A stretch of 64,000 bases of DNA from an uncultured Methanolobus sp. GTDB taxonomy: Archaea > Halobacteriota > Methanosarcinia > Methanosarcinales > Methanosarcinaceae. The notes under the pieces were generated by a model. The model saw nothing but the letters and a program-made list of their open reading frames with translations, did no database searches and was not told the origin of the DNA. The translations under genes were made by a program, and so were the position numbers. Shown here piece after piece: positions 8,365-18,852 of this stretch; within the stretch, counting starts at the first letter, position 1, and every line of letters starts with the position of its first letter. The DNA lies in assembly GCA_963675495.1 (NCBI GenBank), contig OY776215.1, positions 672,001-736,000 on the forward strand. The letters are read 5' to 3'.

Positions 8365-11103
8365 GTGATTAATATGAAACTTCCACCCATAACAATTACC
8401 TCAATATTATTAATGTCGATCATAATGATTGCTTCAGGCACTGCCTCAGCGACAGGTTACTACGTTTCGACATCTGGCGATGACTCAAATACCGGCCTCT
8501 CTCCAAACGATGCATGGCAAAGTCCTTCTTATGCAGTTTCAAGAGTTACTGCAGGAGATACCATTTACCTGATGGCAGGAACATGGTATGGAGAACATCT
8601 TATTTTTGAGACTTCAGGAACAAAAGACGCCCCTATAACTCTTACCACTTATAACGGAGAAGTTATTCTTGACGGTGTAGACAGATTTGACAGAGAAGGC
8701 GATCACTACACTGCAATTGAAATACATGATTATTATAATGGATTGGAATATATAAATATAAACAATCTAATAATTCATGACTATTACAGAGGAATTTACG
8801 TTAGAAACGCAAATAATGTGAATATCGACAATATAGAAGTATATGACACTTCTTACATAGGTGTCGATTTTGTGGACTCACACCAATCATCACTGACGAA
8901 TTCAGATATTCATGACAATGGCTGGAATTCTGTTTCTGTTGTCGCGTACCAACAGAGCACCAGCGACATACAAATATTAAATAACAAGATACATGACAAT
9001 CCAGGAACATCAGGTGGTCCCGGCCACAATTTAATAGATCTTTTCAACCTTGGCGAAGACGCTTCTTTGAAGTCAATCGATATTAAAAATAATTACATAT
9101 ATAATAGTGGTCTTACTGGTTCAGCTATTTTTGAGCATGGTTCATACAACCCGATGTACAATATGAATGTGATCAACAACGTTGTTTATAATACAAAACA
9201 AATTACACTAGATCGTTTTGCTAATTCTGTTGTTGCTGATAATAAACTGTACGACCAGGCAGGATATGGTTTTACCTGTTTTTACGAACCTATGAGTGAC
9301 GTTACATTGTCTGGAAATATTCTAAGCAACATAGCCTGGAGTGAGCTGCGTTTAACGGGTGCTCCTGATGGAAAAGAGTTACTTATTACAGATAACGACA
9401 TTTCTTACTATCGCATAGATGAAGGAACGGCTACAATTCGGGACCCTCAAAAATCAACATTTAAAATCCAGTCTCGTTCAGGAAGTCATATCAATGTTGA
9501 ATTTTCGAACAATCAGGTTTTCAAAACAAATGGCATCAATAATCCCACATTTGGTCCAAGCTCCAGCTCCTATGATGCTCTTGGAGATGACTACGTAACC
9601 TTCACCACATATCCAATGACAGCAAAGCCCTCTTCTTCAAATATAAATATACAGGTCAATAAATTCGACACCAGCTTATCTCCAGGTGAAAATCTTGTAG
9701 AGTTTGTTTCAAGCTCAAAATATGGAAATCGTGTGGACTTCACAATAGCAGAGTTAAAGCCAGATTTGAAGTACACTGTAAAAATGGATGGTCTGGATTT
9801 TGCAGAAGTTATGGCGAATGAAGATGGAGTAATCAGTTTCAGCAATAATATTTGGTCAGAACATACATTTACATTGACAGAGACGTCTGCGAGTTCAAGT
9901 TCTTCCAGCGGTTCAACTCCAATTATTTCCAGCGCAGGCCCATCTTATTCACCAGCTTCCAACTACTTTACGGCAGATATAGGTGATTCCACAAAACTTG
10001 CTGTAGACGCTGGTCAGAAATTTACCAAAACACTTTGGTATCTAGATGGGGAACTAATGGAAAGTGATTCAGTGACATATAGCCCGGAATGGAAAAAAAC
10101 TGGCGTACATGTTGTTGTTTTCAAAGGTACTGCTGGAGATAATCTCTATATGAAATGGACAATAACAGTTGAACAAACGGAGGTTGAGGATAATCCAACA
10201 ACTGAAACACCTTCCACACCAGGTTCATCCAGCGACTCAACTCCAATAGTATCCACAAAAGGTCCATCTTATTCACCTGCTTCCGGCTACCTCACAGCAA
10301 ATGTAGGTGATTCCACAAAACTTACTGCAAACTCAGATCTGAAATTTACAAAAGCACTTTGGTATGTTAATGGAAAACTAATGGAAAAAGATTCAGTAAC
10401 CTATACAAAGGAATGGGAAAAGTCAGGCAAATATGTGATCGAATTTAAGGGAACTGCCGGAGATAATCTCTATATGAAATGGACAATAACAGTTTCTGAA
10501 CCAGAGAAAGAAGAAGAGTCAACAATTGACATTCCTTCCAACCCAGGCTCATCCGTTACAGGACCATCTTATTCACCTGCTTCCAGCTACCTCACAGCAA
10601 ATGTAGGTGATTCCACAAAACTTACTGCAAACTCAGATCTGAAATTTACAAAAGCACTTTGGTATGTTAATGGAAAACTAATGGAAAAAGATTCAGTAAC
10701 CTATACAAAGGAATGGGAAAAGTCAGGCAAATATGTGATCGAATTTAAGGGAACTGCCGGAGATAATCTCTATATGAAATGGACAATAACAGTTTCTGAA
10801 CCAGAGAAAGAAGAAGAGTCAACAATTGACACTCCTTCCAACCCAGGCTCATCCATTACAGGACCATCTTATTCACCTGCTTCCAGCTACCTCACAGCAA
10901 ATGTAGGTGATTCCACAAAACTTACTGCAAACTCAGATCTGAAATTTACAAAAGCCCTTTGGTATGTTAATGGAAAATTAATGGAAAAAGATTCAGTAAC
11001 CTATACAAAGGAATGGGAAAAGTCAGGCAAATATGTGATCGAATTTAAGGGAACTGCCTTAGATAATCTCTATATGAAATGGACAATAACAGTTTCCGCC
11101 TAA
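8365..11103 (+). CDS. Secreted right-handed beta-helix (pectate-lyase-like) surface protein with four C-terminal Ig/PKD-like repeats
   Basis: Signal peptide ending ASA; YYVSTSGDDSN.G.S...AW..., GDTIYL..GT..; Asn-rich beta-helix repeats; S/T/P linkers; repeated ~80-aa domains. Start may be ATG 8374. Confidence 0.8.
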   Translation: MINMKLPPITITSILLMSIIMIASGTASATGYYVSTSGDDSNTGLSPNDAWQSPSYAVSRVTAGDTIYLMAGTWYGEHLIFETSGTKDAPITLTTYNGEVILDGVDRFDREGDHYTAIEIHDYYNGLEYININNLIIHDYYRGIYVRNANNVNIDNIEVYDTSYIGVDFVDSHQSSLTNSDIHDNGWNSVSVVAYQQSTSDIQILNNKIHDNPGTSGGPGHNLIDLFNLGEDASLKSIDIKNNYIYNSGLTGSAIFEHGSYNPMYNMNVINNVVYNTKQITLDRFANSVVADNKLYDQAGYGFTCFYEPMSDVTLSGNILSNIAWSELRLTGAPDGKELLITDNDISYYRIDEGTATIRDPQKSTFKIQSRSGSHINVEFSNNQVFKTNGINNPTFGPSSSSYDALGDDYVTFTTYPMTAKPSSSNINIQVNKFDTSLSPGENLVEFVSSSKYGNRVDFTIAELKPDLKYTVKMDGLDFAEVMANEDGVISFSNNIWSEHTFTLTETSASSSSSSGSTPIISSAGPSYSPASNYFTADIGDSTKLAVDAGQKFTKTLWYLDGELMESDSVTYSPEWKKTGVHVVVFKGTAGDNLYMKWTITVEQTEVEDNPTTETPSTPGSSSDSTPIVSTKGPSYSPASGYLTANVGDSTKLTANSDLKFTKALWYVNGKLMEKDSVTYTKEWEKSGKYVIEFKGTAGDNLYMKWTITVSEPEKEEESTIDIPSNPGSSVTGPSYSPASSYLTANVGDSTKLTANSDLKFTKALWYVNGKLMEKDSVTYTKEWEKSGKYVIEFKGTAGDNLYMKWTITVSEPEKEEESTIDTPSNPGSSITGPSYSPASSYLTANVGDSTKLTANSDLKFTKALWYVNGKLMEKDSVTYTKEWEKSGKYVIEFKGTALDNLYMKWTITVSA
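10261..11100 (+). repeat. Intragenic tandem repeat, 300-bp period, near-identical copies (2 full + 240 bp); a diverged copy lies at ~9937-10170
   Basis: Rows 10261/10561/10861, 10321/10621/10921 etc. match except for a few substitutions. Confidence 0.97.
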
Positions 11104-11153
11104 ACTCCAGCACCAACACCTGAGATTCTTGCATAGAAATATGAACCAATGGT

Positions 11154-11190
11154 ATGGAACAGTCATCTGTTCCATCCTGCTATTTTTCTC
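11154..11190 (+). terminator. Hairpin plus T-tract terminator
   Basis: ATGGAACAG-tcat-CTGTTCCAT followed by TATTTTTCTC. Confidence 0.55.
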
Positions 11191-11678
11191 TTTAAGACAA
11201 AATCTGTGATTATAGAGTTAATCTTATCATAAGAAATACTGAATCAGTGATTAAAACCATGCCCAGGAATTTCGTCGATCTTATGGGTTTACTCAATCAT
11301 GAAATAATCCACTGTCCATTCAATGCTAATGACTCCTTTTACCTTGCATATTAATCGGTGTACAAGTTATGTTCGGACTCTTTTTTAATAGTAGCTAATG
11401 TCTTCATTGGGTTTGATTATGTAAATTTGGATCAAAACATGCTTTTTTAAGTTGTTTTATCCTTTTTTACTAACAGATAAAATCAGATCATTTAATAAAA
11501 AAATCTGTTGAACTCGCACCTTCGATCTAATGAAAAAAGAAATTTCTAAATAACCCTAATGATAACGGTATCTAACTCTCACAGAAGCAATATAAAGTAT
11601 ATTTACTAAAATTTATGCACATAGAAAATGTAATTATGAACATAGCCTATAATAGTTACGCCATATTTTTAAGAATAT

Positions 11679-14618
11679 GTGGTTAACATGAAAATCCCCT
11701 CAAAAAACAGATTTTTAATCTTATTCGTGTTTATCTTAATGATTCTTTCAGGTACAGCATCCGCTACTGATTACTATGTATCAACATTAGGAGCAGATAC
11801 AAGTGACGGCTTATCTCCAGAAAAAGCATGGCAAAGTCCTTCATATGCAGTTTCAAAAGCCCAGTCCGGAGACACAATTTACCTTATGTCAGGTACGTGG
11901 TATGGAGAACATATGATCTTTACATCATCTGGAACAAAAGATGCACCTATTACTCTCACTTCTTACAATGGAGAAGTTATTTTTGATGGTATAGACCGCT
12001 TTGATAAAGATGGTGACTGCTACACTGCGATAGAAATATTTGATTCAACAAATGGTTTAGAATATATAAATATAAACAACATTATAATCCATAATTACTA
12101 CAGAGGAATATATTCAAGAAACGCAAGGAACATACATATAGACAATGTGGAAATATTCAATACTTCTTTCATGGCTGTTGATTTTGTAGATTCTCATCAG
12201 TCATCATTAACTAATTCAGATATTCATGACAATGGTTGGAATTCTGTTTCTGTGGTAGCCAATTCTCAGAGTACCAGCGACATACAAATATTAAACAACA
12301 AAATTCATGATAACCCTGGTACATCAGGTGGCTCAGGTCATAATTTGATTGATTTGTTTAACGTTGGCGATACTGCTTCACTAAAATCAATCGATATAAA
12401 GGATAATTACCTTTACAATAGTGGTCTTTCTAATTCAGCTATTTTTGAGCATGGTTCATTCACTCCAATGTATAATATGAATGTGAGCAATAATGTCATC
12501 TATAATACAAAACAGATAACATTAGATCGTTTTACTGATTCTGTTGTTTCCAACAATACATTACGAGATCAACCAGGCTATGGTTTTACTTGTCTATATG
12601 ACCCCATGAAAAATGTTACATTCTATGGAAACACTTTAACAAATGTATCATGGAGTGAGCTACGTGTAAAAGGTGCTCCTGATGAGAAATATTTACTTAT
12701 AGAAAATAATGACATCTATTATTACCGTATAGACGACGGAACAGCTTCAATCCTTAATCCCCAAAAATCAAAATTTGAAGTTCAGCCCAATGGTAATGAA
12801 ATTAACGTTGAGTTCACTGATAACACGGTCTTCACAACAAATACTGACACCAAGCCCACATTCAGTCCAACTTCCAGTTCATATGACATATCAGGAGATA
12901 GCAAAATCACTTTCAATACGTACCCAATGACTGCAAAACCAACATCTTCCAATGTCAATGTAAAGGTTAATGACTTTGACACCAGTAAATCTCTCGGAGA
13001 TGTTCTTGTGGAATTTACTGCCAGCTCAACAGAAGATAATAATGTTGATTTCACGATCGGTGAACTACAATCTGGTGCTACTTATACTGTCAAAATGGAT
13101 GGCTTCGACTTTAGAGAAGTTACAGCTGATCAGGAAGGATATATAAGTTTCAATAATGATATCTGGTCAGAGCATACATTTACATTGGTACAGACATCTG
13201 AGAGTTCAACATCTGAGTCTGCAAGCACAGGCATCTCATTCACTCCATCTGTAAGCTCTCTTGTAGCAACGGTAAGTGAATCCACAAGTTTCACCGTAGA
13301 TTCAGGTCAGGACTTCACAAGTGCCCTTTGGTATCTTAATGGCAATCAGGTGGAAAGTGATTCAGTGAACTATGTGCAGAACTGGGATATAGCCGGTGTA
13401 CACACAGTCGTGTTCGATGGCACTGCTGTAGCAGGAACTATATCAAGGACATGGACCGTAGTGGTTTCCGAATCTGAAATCTCTGAAGCATCAACTATCA
13501 GCATATCACCTTCCTCAACTGTTGTTGAACCTGGTGACTCATTTACCATCGATGTCTATATAGATCCTACACAGTCCCTCACGGGTTCACAGTTTGACCT
13601 TTACTACAGTCAGCTTGCAAGTGTGTCATCGGCACACGAAGGTGACCTGTTCACACTATCTAATCTTTCTACAACCTTTGGGTATGAAAGCATTGACAAC
13701 ACAATTGGTATTTTAAACAATGTGTACTCCGCAATACTCGGCTGCGGAACCATCTCTACACCTGGAACAATGACTACCATAAATATGGTCGCAGGTAGTA
13801 ACACGGGTATCCTCGACATTGGACTATCAGGAGTAATACTAAGCGATGTTGATTCAAATCCTGCACCATGTGCAGAATCTAATGCTACTATTCTGATAGA
13901 CACAGCTCCGGAGTTAGTATCGATTTCGGAACAGTCTGTAGATGAAGAACAGAACTTGAGTTTCATCATATGTGCAACTGATCGGGACGGAGATGACCTT
14001 ACATACTCAGCTACTTCTCTCCCAAATGATGCATCTTTCAATACAGGAACTGCAACATTCAGCTGGAGTCCTTCAGAAGATGAAGCAGGAGCTTATACAG
14101 CAATGTTCGAAGTTACAGATGGCTATCTCATAGATTCCATGAGTGTTCCGATCACAGTCAATCCATTAAATCATGCTCCTGTGATAAGCTTCTTTGAACC
14201 TTCAGATGCTGCTAGCTCCGAAGAAGGCACCATTGTCAATGTGAATGTGGCTGCAACTGACGAAGACGAACAGAGCCTTAGTTATGTCATTAAAATCGAT
14301 GACTTGCAGGTTGCCACTGGTCCAAATTATGCATGGAATGTTAACTATGAATCTGCCGGAACCCATACTATCGAGGTGATAGTAAGTGATGGTATCGATG
14401 ATGTTAGAGCTACAAGCACTATAACCATTATAGATTTGCAGCCAAGATGGGACGTTAATGAGGACGGCATTGTGAATGTTCTTGATGTCACCTTAGTAGC
14501 CCAGAACTATGGTATGACCTACACAGGCGACCTGCCTCGATATGATGTGAACCAGGATGGTACTATTGACCTTCAGGATCTTTCAGTAGTAGCAGGTCAC
14601 TTTGGAGAAATTGTATAA
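11679..14618 (+). CDS. Secreted beta-helix protein (paralog of 8365) with Ig-like, cohesin, cadherin/He_PIG-like and C-terminal dockerin domains
   Basis: First ~505 aa align with 8365. Cohesin-like STISISPSSTVVEPGDSFTIDVYID..GSQFDL.Y. DRDGDDLTYSATSLP..ASF...F.W.P. Duplicated Ca-loop DVNEDGIVNVLD / DVNQDGTIDLQD. Start may be ATG 11688. Confidence 0.85.
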   Translation: MVNMKIPSKNRFLILFVFILMILSGTASATDYYVSTLGADTSDGLSPEKAWQSPSYAVSKAQSGDTIYLMSGTWYGEHMIFTSSGTKDAPITLTSYNGEVIFDGIDRFDKDGDCYTAIEIFDSTNGLEYININNIIIHNYYRGIYSRNARNIHIDNVEIFNTSFMAVDFVDSHQSSLTNSDIHDNGWNSVSVVANSQSTSDIQILNNKIHDNPGTSGGSGHNLIDLFNVGDTASLKSIDIKDNYLYNSGLSNSAIFEHGSFTPMYNMNVSNNVIYNTKQITLDRFTDSVVSNNTLRDQPGYGFTCLYDPMKNVTFYGNTLTNVSWSELRVKGAPDEKYLLIENNDIYYYRIDDGTASILNPQKSKFEVQPNGNEINVEFTDNTVFTTNTDTKPTFSPTSSSYDISGDSKITFNTYPMTAKPTSSNVNVKVNDFDTSKSLGDVLVEFTASSTEDNNVDFTIGELQSGATYTVKMDGFDFREVTADQEGYISFNNDIWSEHTFTLVQTSESSTSESASTGISFTPSVSSLVATVSESTSFTVDSGQDFTSALWYLNGNQVESDSVNYVQNWDIAGVHTVVFDGTAVAGTISRTWTVVVSESEISEASTISISPSSTVVEPGDSFTIDVYIDPTQSLTGSQFDLYYSQLASVSSAHEGDLFTLSNLSTTFGYESIDNTIGILNNVYSAILGCGTISTPGTMTTINMVAGSNTGILDIGLSGVILSDVDSNPAPCAESNATILIDTAPELVSISEQSVDEEQNLSFIICATDRDGDDLTYSATSLPNDASFNTGTATFSWSPSEDEAGAYTAMFEVTDGYLIDSMSVPITVNPLNHAPVISFFEPSDAASSEEGTIVNVNVAATDEDEQSLSYVIKIDDLQVATGPNYAWNVNYESAGTHTIEVIVSDGIDDVRATSTITIIDLQPRWDVNEDGIVNVLDVTLVAQNYGMTYTGDLPRYDVNQDGTIDLQDLSVVAGHFGEIV

Positions 14619-14634
14619 TAGACAGCACAAAATA

Positions 14635-14662
14635 ACCCCTTTTGAGGGGGTTCATTTTTTTT
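14635..14662 (+). terminator. Hairpin plus T-tract terminator
   Basis: AACCCCT..AGGGGGTT followed by ATTTTTTTT after the stop at 14618. Confidence 0.6.
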
Positions 14663-15002
14663 ATTGCATTACTTTTTTCTCAGACTCAATTTCCATTTTT
14701 CATCATATTCCAGACGTTATGATGATAAATTCAACAATGAGCTGTATTCCCCATCAAGCTAGCCTTGACCAAAAATAAATCAACAATTATTGTCATCAAT
14801 AATGATATTGAAACTGCTTGCAAGTATATATATGAAGGCATTAATTCCCTAATACAGATAATGCCTTAATATCAGGGTGTACTTATTTACCAGAAAAGGA
14901 GGTTATCCATTTTCAACATAGAATATTATAAGAAAAGTATATATTGAATGAAATATGAAAAAAGTATACTTTACTATATTGTTCATCTGAGGTAACGTAA
15001 TA

Positions 15003-15569
15003 ATGCACTCAAAAAAACATACTAAAAAAATGGCTTTAATATGTTACTATAGTTTTGCAAGATATTTGCCAAGATATTTTAAGATCTCAAATGGAATACG
15101 TGCGTTTCTTGTCAAACAAATATTTGATAAATGTGGGAAGGGTGTTTTAGTTGATGACAGAGTATATTTTGGCAATGGGGAACATAGAGAAATAGGAGAT
15201 TATTCTGGATTTGGACCTAATGCTGCCATTGGAAAACACACCCACATTGGCAGGCATGTGATGATGGGGCCAAATGTTACAATACTAACAAGAAATCACA
15301 AATTTGATGATCTGGACATTCCCATGAGATTACAAGACTATCAGGATTACGAACCAGTGGTCATTGAAGATGACGTTTGGATAGGTCGGCAGGCAATTAT
15401 TTTGCCAGGTTGTAGAATTGGTAAGGGGTCAATAATAGGCAGTGGTGCTGTAGTTACCCAGAACGTACCACCATATGCAATAGTCGGAGGGGTACCGGCA
15501 AAGGTAATCAAATCCAGATTGGATGCTCGGGAACGAACTGAAGCTGATTTAAAATCCTTTTTAGATTAA
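15003..15569 (+). CDS. Hexapeptide (LbH) sugar O-acetyltransferase, LacA/Maa-like
   Basis: PVVIEDDVWIG...ILPG..IG.GSIIGSGAVVT..VPPYAIVGGVPAKVI. Confidence 0.9.
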   Translation: MHSKKHTKKMALICYYSFARYLPRYFKISNGIRAFLVKQIFDKCGKGVLVDDRVYFGNGEHREIGDYSGFGPNAAIGKHTHIGRHVMMGPNVTILTRNHKFDDLDIPMRLQDYQDYEPVVIEDDVWIGRQAIILPGCRIGKGSIIGSGAVVTQNVPPYAIVGGVPAKVIKSRLDARERTEADLKSFLD

Positions 15570-15573
15570 AAGA

Positions 15574-16038
15574 CTATATACGATTCAATTTACGTATCTC
15601 CCTTGCGGGAACACCAGCTACCATGGTATAAGGAGGAACATCTTTTGTTACAACCGAACCAGCAGCTACAACAGCACATTCACCTATGGTTACATTTGGA
15701 AGAATTATAGCACCTGTTCCTATCCATGCACCTTTTTTTATCCAGATCTTGCCTGCATAGGACCCCATAACTCGCCCATACTCCTCTATCTGAGTTACCT
15801 CATGACTCCTCATTATCAGAGACACTTTGGGACCAATAGAAGCTCCTTCTTCAAGAATAAGATTGTCAGTGTCAATATGATGCCAGCCCCACACAAGCGC
15901 GTAAGGTCCAATTGAAGCATTTTTATCTATTTTGTACCCGCATCTGCGCCAGCAAAAACTTGGCCATTTATGAGATAAGGGAAAAAGAGCAAGCAAACTC
16001 CATAATTTTCCCCATGATTTTTTAAATAACGTTATCAT
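15574..16038 (-). CDS. Hexapeptide (LbH) acyltransferase
   Basis: IWIKKGAWIGTGAIILPNVTIGECAVVAAGSVVTKDVPPYTMVAGVPA. Confidence 0.9.
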   Translation of the reverse strand: MITLFKKSWGKLWSLLALFPLSHKWPSFCWRRCGYKIDKNASIGPYALVWGWHHIDTDNLILEEGASIGPKVSLIMRSHEVTQIEEYGRVMGSYAGKIWIKKGAWIGTGAIILPNVTIGECAVVAAGSVVTKDVPPYTMVAGVPAREIRKLNRI

Positions 16039-16091
16039 AGAACTCTCCTGATATACAATGAATTAGTTTTAGCCCTTTTATTTTTATAATA

Positions 16092-17552
16092 TTAATTGAA
16101 ATAGCACCTTATATTTCTTTTTAGCATGCCTATATCTTTTAAATTGTTTCTATAAATAACAATAAAATAAAGAGCATAAACCAAAAATCCTGCAATAACT
16201 GTTACAAAAAGCATTACTTCAGTAGACGAATTAACTAACCATTTTTGTATAAGCAAGATAACAATTAACATTATAAATGACCCCTTCAGGGGTGCAAGTG
16301 TACTACTCAATAAACCATACATTGAGGTATTGAGTATCTTATTTGACTGCATGAAAGAAAACAAAGTAGATAGAATAACTGAAACTGTTACGGCAATGCT
16401 CGCTCCATAAATCCCATAATTGATTGTGAGAGGGTATATCAGCAAAAGTAGAACAAATAATTGGAGATAATTGGTCTTTGTCACTATCTCAGGTTTGCCT
16501 GTTGCAAGAAACACATTAGAATTCATTTTGTTATAAGAGGTTACCATACCATAGATACATAGGATCTGCAGAACCTGCACAGCAGGTAGCCATTTTGCAC
16601 CGTAGATCGTTTCAATGAATTCTCTTGAAATAATTATTATACCAAATGTAGCAGGCAATACAAACATCGAATATAATTTTATTGTAAGTAAATGTGATTT
16701 TCCCAATTGACCTATATCATTTTGCATCTTAGAGTACATTGGGAACACAACCTGAGAAAGTATCAATGAAGCCTGAATTGTGAACATACCGGCAATAGAT
16801 AATGAAATAGAATAGTAACCGAGAGCTTCTGCATCTAAAATCTTTCCAATTAAAGCAATAGCAATATTGGAGAGAAAAAACATAGTAATAGCTGCAATAG
16901 CAACATACTTTCCAAAAGATATTAAAACCAGTGCCTTTTGCTTGCTGAATAAGAAAGAAGGACGCCATTCGATGGATTTCCAATAAGCAAGTACGCCTGT
17001 AAGCTCTAAAACAATCCTCCCTATAACAAGACTCCATACACCATAACCACTATATGCCATTATTACAGCTACTACCCCATAAGATAATTTAGGCAAAATT
17101 TGAGGGAAGAACATTTTTTTAAATCTTAGGTCTTTGACTAGCAATGTTTTAGGCAATGTGCCAAAAGACCAAATAACAACCGTCAACAAAAGCACCCTTA
17201 TAATGGGTTCTATTTCTTCATTGCCAAAAAATGTTGCAGCAAATGGTGCAGTAGAGTACGAAATAAAGTACAATAATATGGCAACTACAGGATAAATTAT
17301 GAAAGCGGTATTATATGCAATGTTTTTATCCTTGTCATCCCCCTCATAATGAATTAAAGCAGATTCCATACCCAGATCCCGGGTTATTTCGAAAAAATTG
17401 ACAAAAACCAGAGCCAGAGCAACCAATCCAAAATCAGTAGGACTAAGCAGCCTTGCAAGTATGATCGTTATGCCAAAAGTAATGAATTTCAGCATCAATT
17501 TGCTCAGCGAAACCCACATTACACCACTAATAGCTTTAGATTTTAGAGTCAT
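16092..17552 (-). CDS. Wzx/WzxC-type polysaccharide flippase
   Basis: LARLLSP.DFG, D.G...AL, GYGVWSLV.G, LGYYS, YG.KW; 12+ TM segments. Confidence 0.9.
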   Translation of the reverse strand: MTLKSKAISGVMWVSLSKLMLKFITFGITIILARLLSPTDFGLVALALVFVNFFEITRDLGMESALIHYEGDDKDKNIAYNTAFIIYPVVAILLYFISYSTAPFAATFFGNEEIEPIIRVLLLTVVIWSFGTLPKTLLVKDLRFKKMFFPQILPKLSYGVVAVIMAYSGYGVWSLVIGRIVLELTGVLAYWKSIEWRPSFLFSKQKALVLISFGKYVAIAAITMFFLSNIAIALIGKILDAEALGYYSISLSIAGMFTIQASLILSQVVFPMYSKMQNDIGQLGKSHLLTIKLYSMFVLPATFGIIIISREFIETIYGAKWLPAVQVLQILCIYGMVTSYNKMNSNVFLATGKPEIVTKTNYLQLFVLLLLIYPLTINYGIYGASIAVTVSVILSTLFSFMQSNKILNTSMYGLLSSTLAPLKGSFIMLIVILLIQKWLVNSSTEVMLFVTVIAGFLVYALYFIVIYRNNLKDIGMLKRNIRCYFN

Positions 17553-17840
17553 ATATCATATTTTGATGTTGCAAATTGTGTTTTTAGATCATTAGATGAA
17601 TATGATATTTTAGCACATTCAAAAGTACTTTTTCGTACAATAGGTTTACCTTCTTAATCGCATACTGGACAATAATACTATATAAGTTCTGCAGATTTAG
17701 GAAATTGATAGAAATCTACACACAAATATCAATTATCTAGCAGATCTCATTTTTACTATCAACCCTTTAATGAATGAATTGATAGAGCGGTATGCGTTTG
17801 AATATCCTGACCACATATAAGAGTGATTATGGATTTCTGA

Positions 17841-18845
17841 TCATTTTTTTATTTTTTTAAATACCATATAACCATATTTGGCTATTGACTGCTTAGTTTT
17901 TGAATGCACTTTTGTATATCTACCAAAGTTTACCATTTCCCCACCAAATCTTCTCTTGAACTCCCTGACACCATATGGTTTATCCGGATGGCCTGCACCC
18001 CCAAAGTCAAATACTTTGTATGATCCTGCATTCTCTTTCAGAATTTGCCAAACCAGTGCTTCATCAACATAATCAACCTCTTGCTTTGACCCCGCATACC
18101 AGTCATAGACCATGTCCCTATAGTTCAGTGTTATTCTGGTGCCAACTGCCTCCTCACCCTTAAAGGCAATAAAAAAATCTGCACATCCAGTTGATGCAAG
18201 CTCTTCGTAAGCTGCCTGGAACAAAGATATATCAGCAACAGGAACCTTAAATCGCTTATAAGTCTCAAGTACCAGATTGTAGCATGAAAGCAACTCGTCT
18301 TCATTGCTCACTCTTTTGACAAGAATACCACTTTTTTCGGCACGGTTTATACCCTTTCTACGGGATTTATTGATACTTTGCCATATATCAGTTTCATTCC
18401 GACTAAGATCAATAAGGAAATCAAGATGTTGATCATATTTGTATTCATTTGATCCAAAAACCTGTTGATACGCTTCTGTATCCCACATGTTTCTTATCTG
18501 AGTGTAGACGATCCTACTACCTACCACTTTATCATAGTGTTCCATCAATCTTTGAGCAGCTTCTCTTCCTTTGTCACAATCTACAAAAAGAGGACCCCCG
18601 TGCAAAACAGCACGTGAAGAAAAAGATGAAAGTAAGTTTTGCATTTCACTTATAATGACACTTTGCATCACAGCTAATAACTCACCGGAAGTAGAATCCC
18701 TTGCAACAAAACAAATAGGTTCATAGTTTCTGGTTTTACTATACACACTATTTATCATTGAAGTCTGGAATATATTTCCATTAGAATGATTAAAAACAAA
18801 TTCATCCCATTCATCAGCACCAAAAGTATCAGTTATAATTACCAT
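17841..18845 (-). CDS. FemAB-like GNAT (second copy)
   Basis: GNIFQT, GGPL, IDL...IW..I.KSRRKGINRA, YDWYAGS, FDFGGAG, REFKRRFGG. Confidence 0.82.
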   Translation of the reverse strand: MVIITDTFGADEWDEFVFNHSNGNIFQTSMINSVYSKTRNYEPICFVARDSTSGELLAVMQSVIISEMQNLLSSFSSRAVLHGGPLFVDCDKGREAAQRLMEHYDKVVGSRIVYTQIRNMWDTEAYQQVFGSNEYKYDQHLDFLIDLSRNETDIWQSINKSRRKGINRAEKSGILVKRVSNEDELLSCYNLVLETYKRFKVPVADISLFQAAYEELASTGCADFFIAFKGEEAVGTRITLNYRDMVYDWYAGSKQEVDYVDEALVWQILKENAGSYKVFDFGGAGHPDKPYGVREFKRRFGGEMVNFGRYTKVHSKTKQSIAKYGYMVFKKIKK

Positions 18846-18852
18846 AAAATGA

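Noticed and set aside
10261-11100. Direct repeats as a CRISPR array or mobile element
   Set aside because: The 300-bp in-frame coding units have no spacers, and there are no cas or transposase genes.
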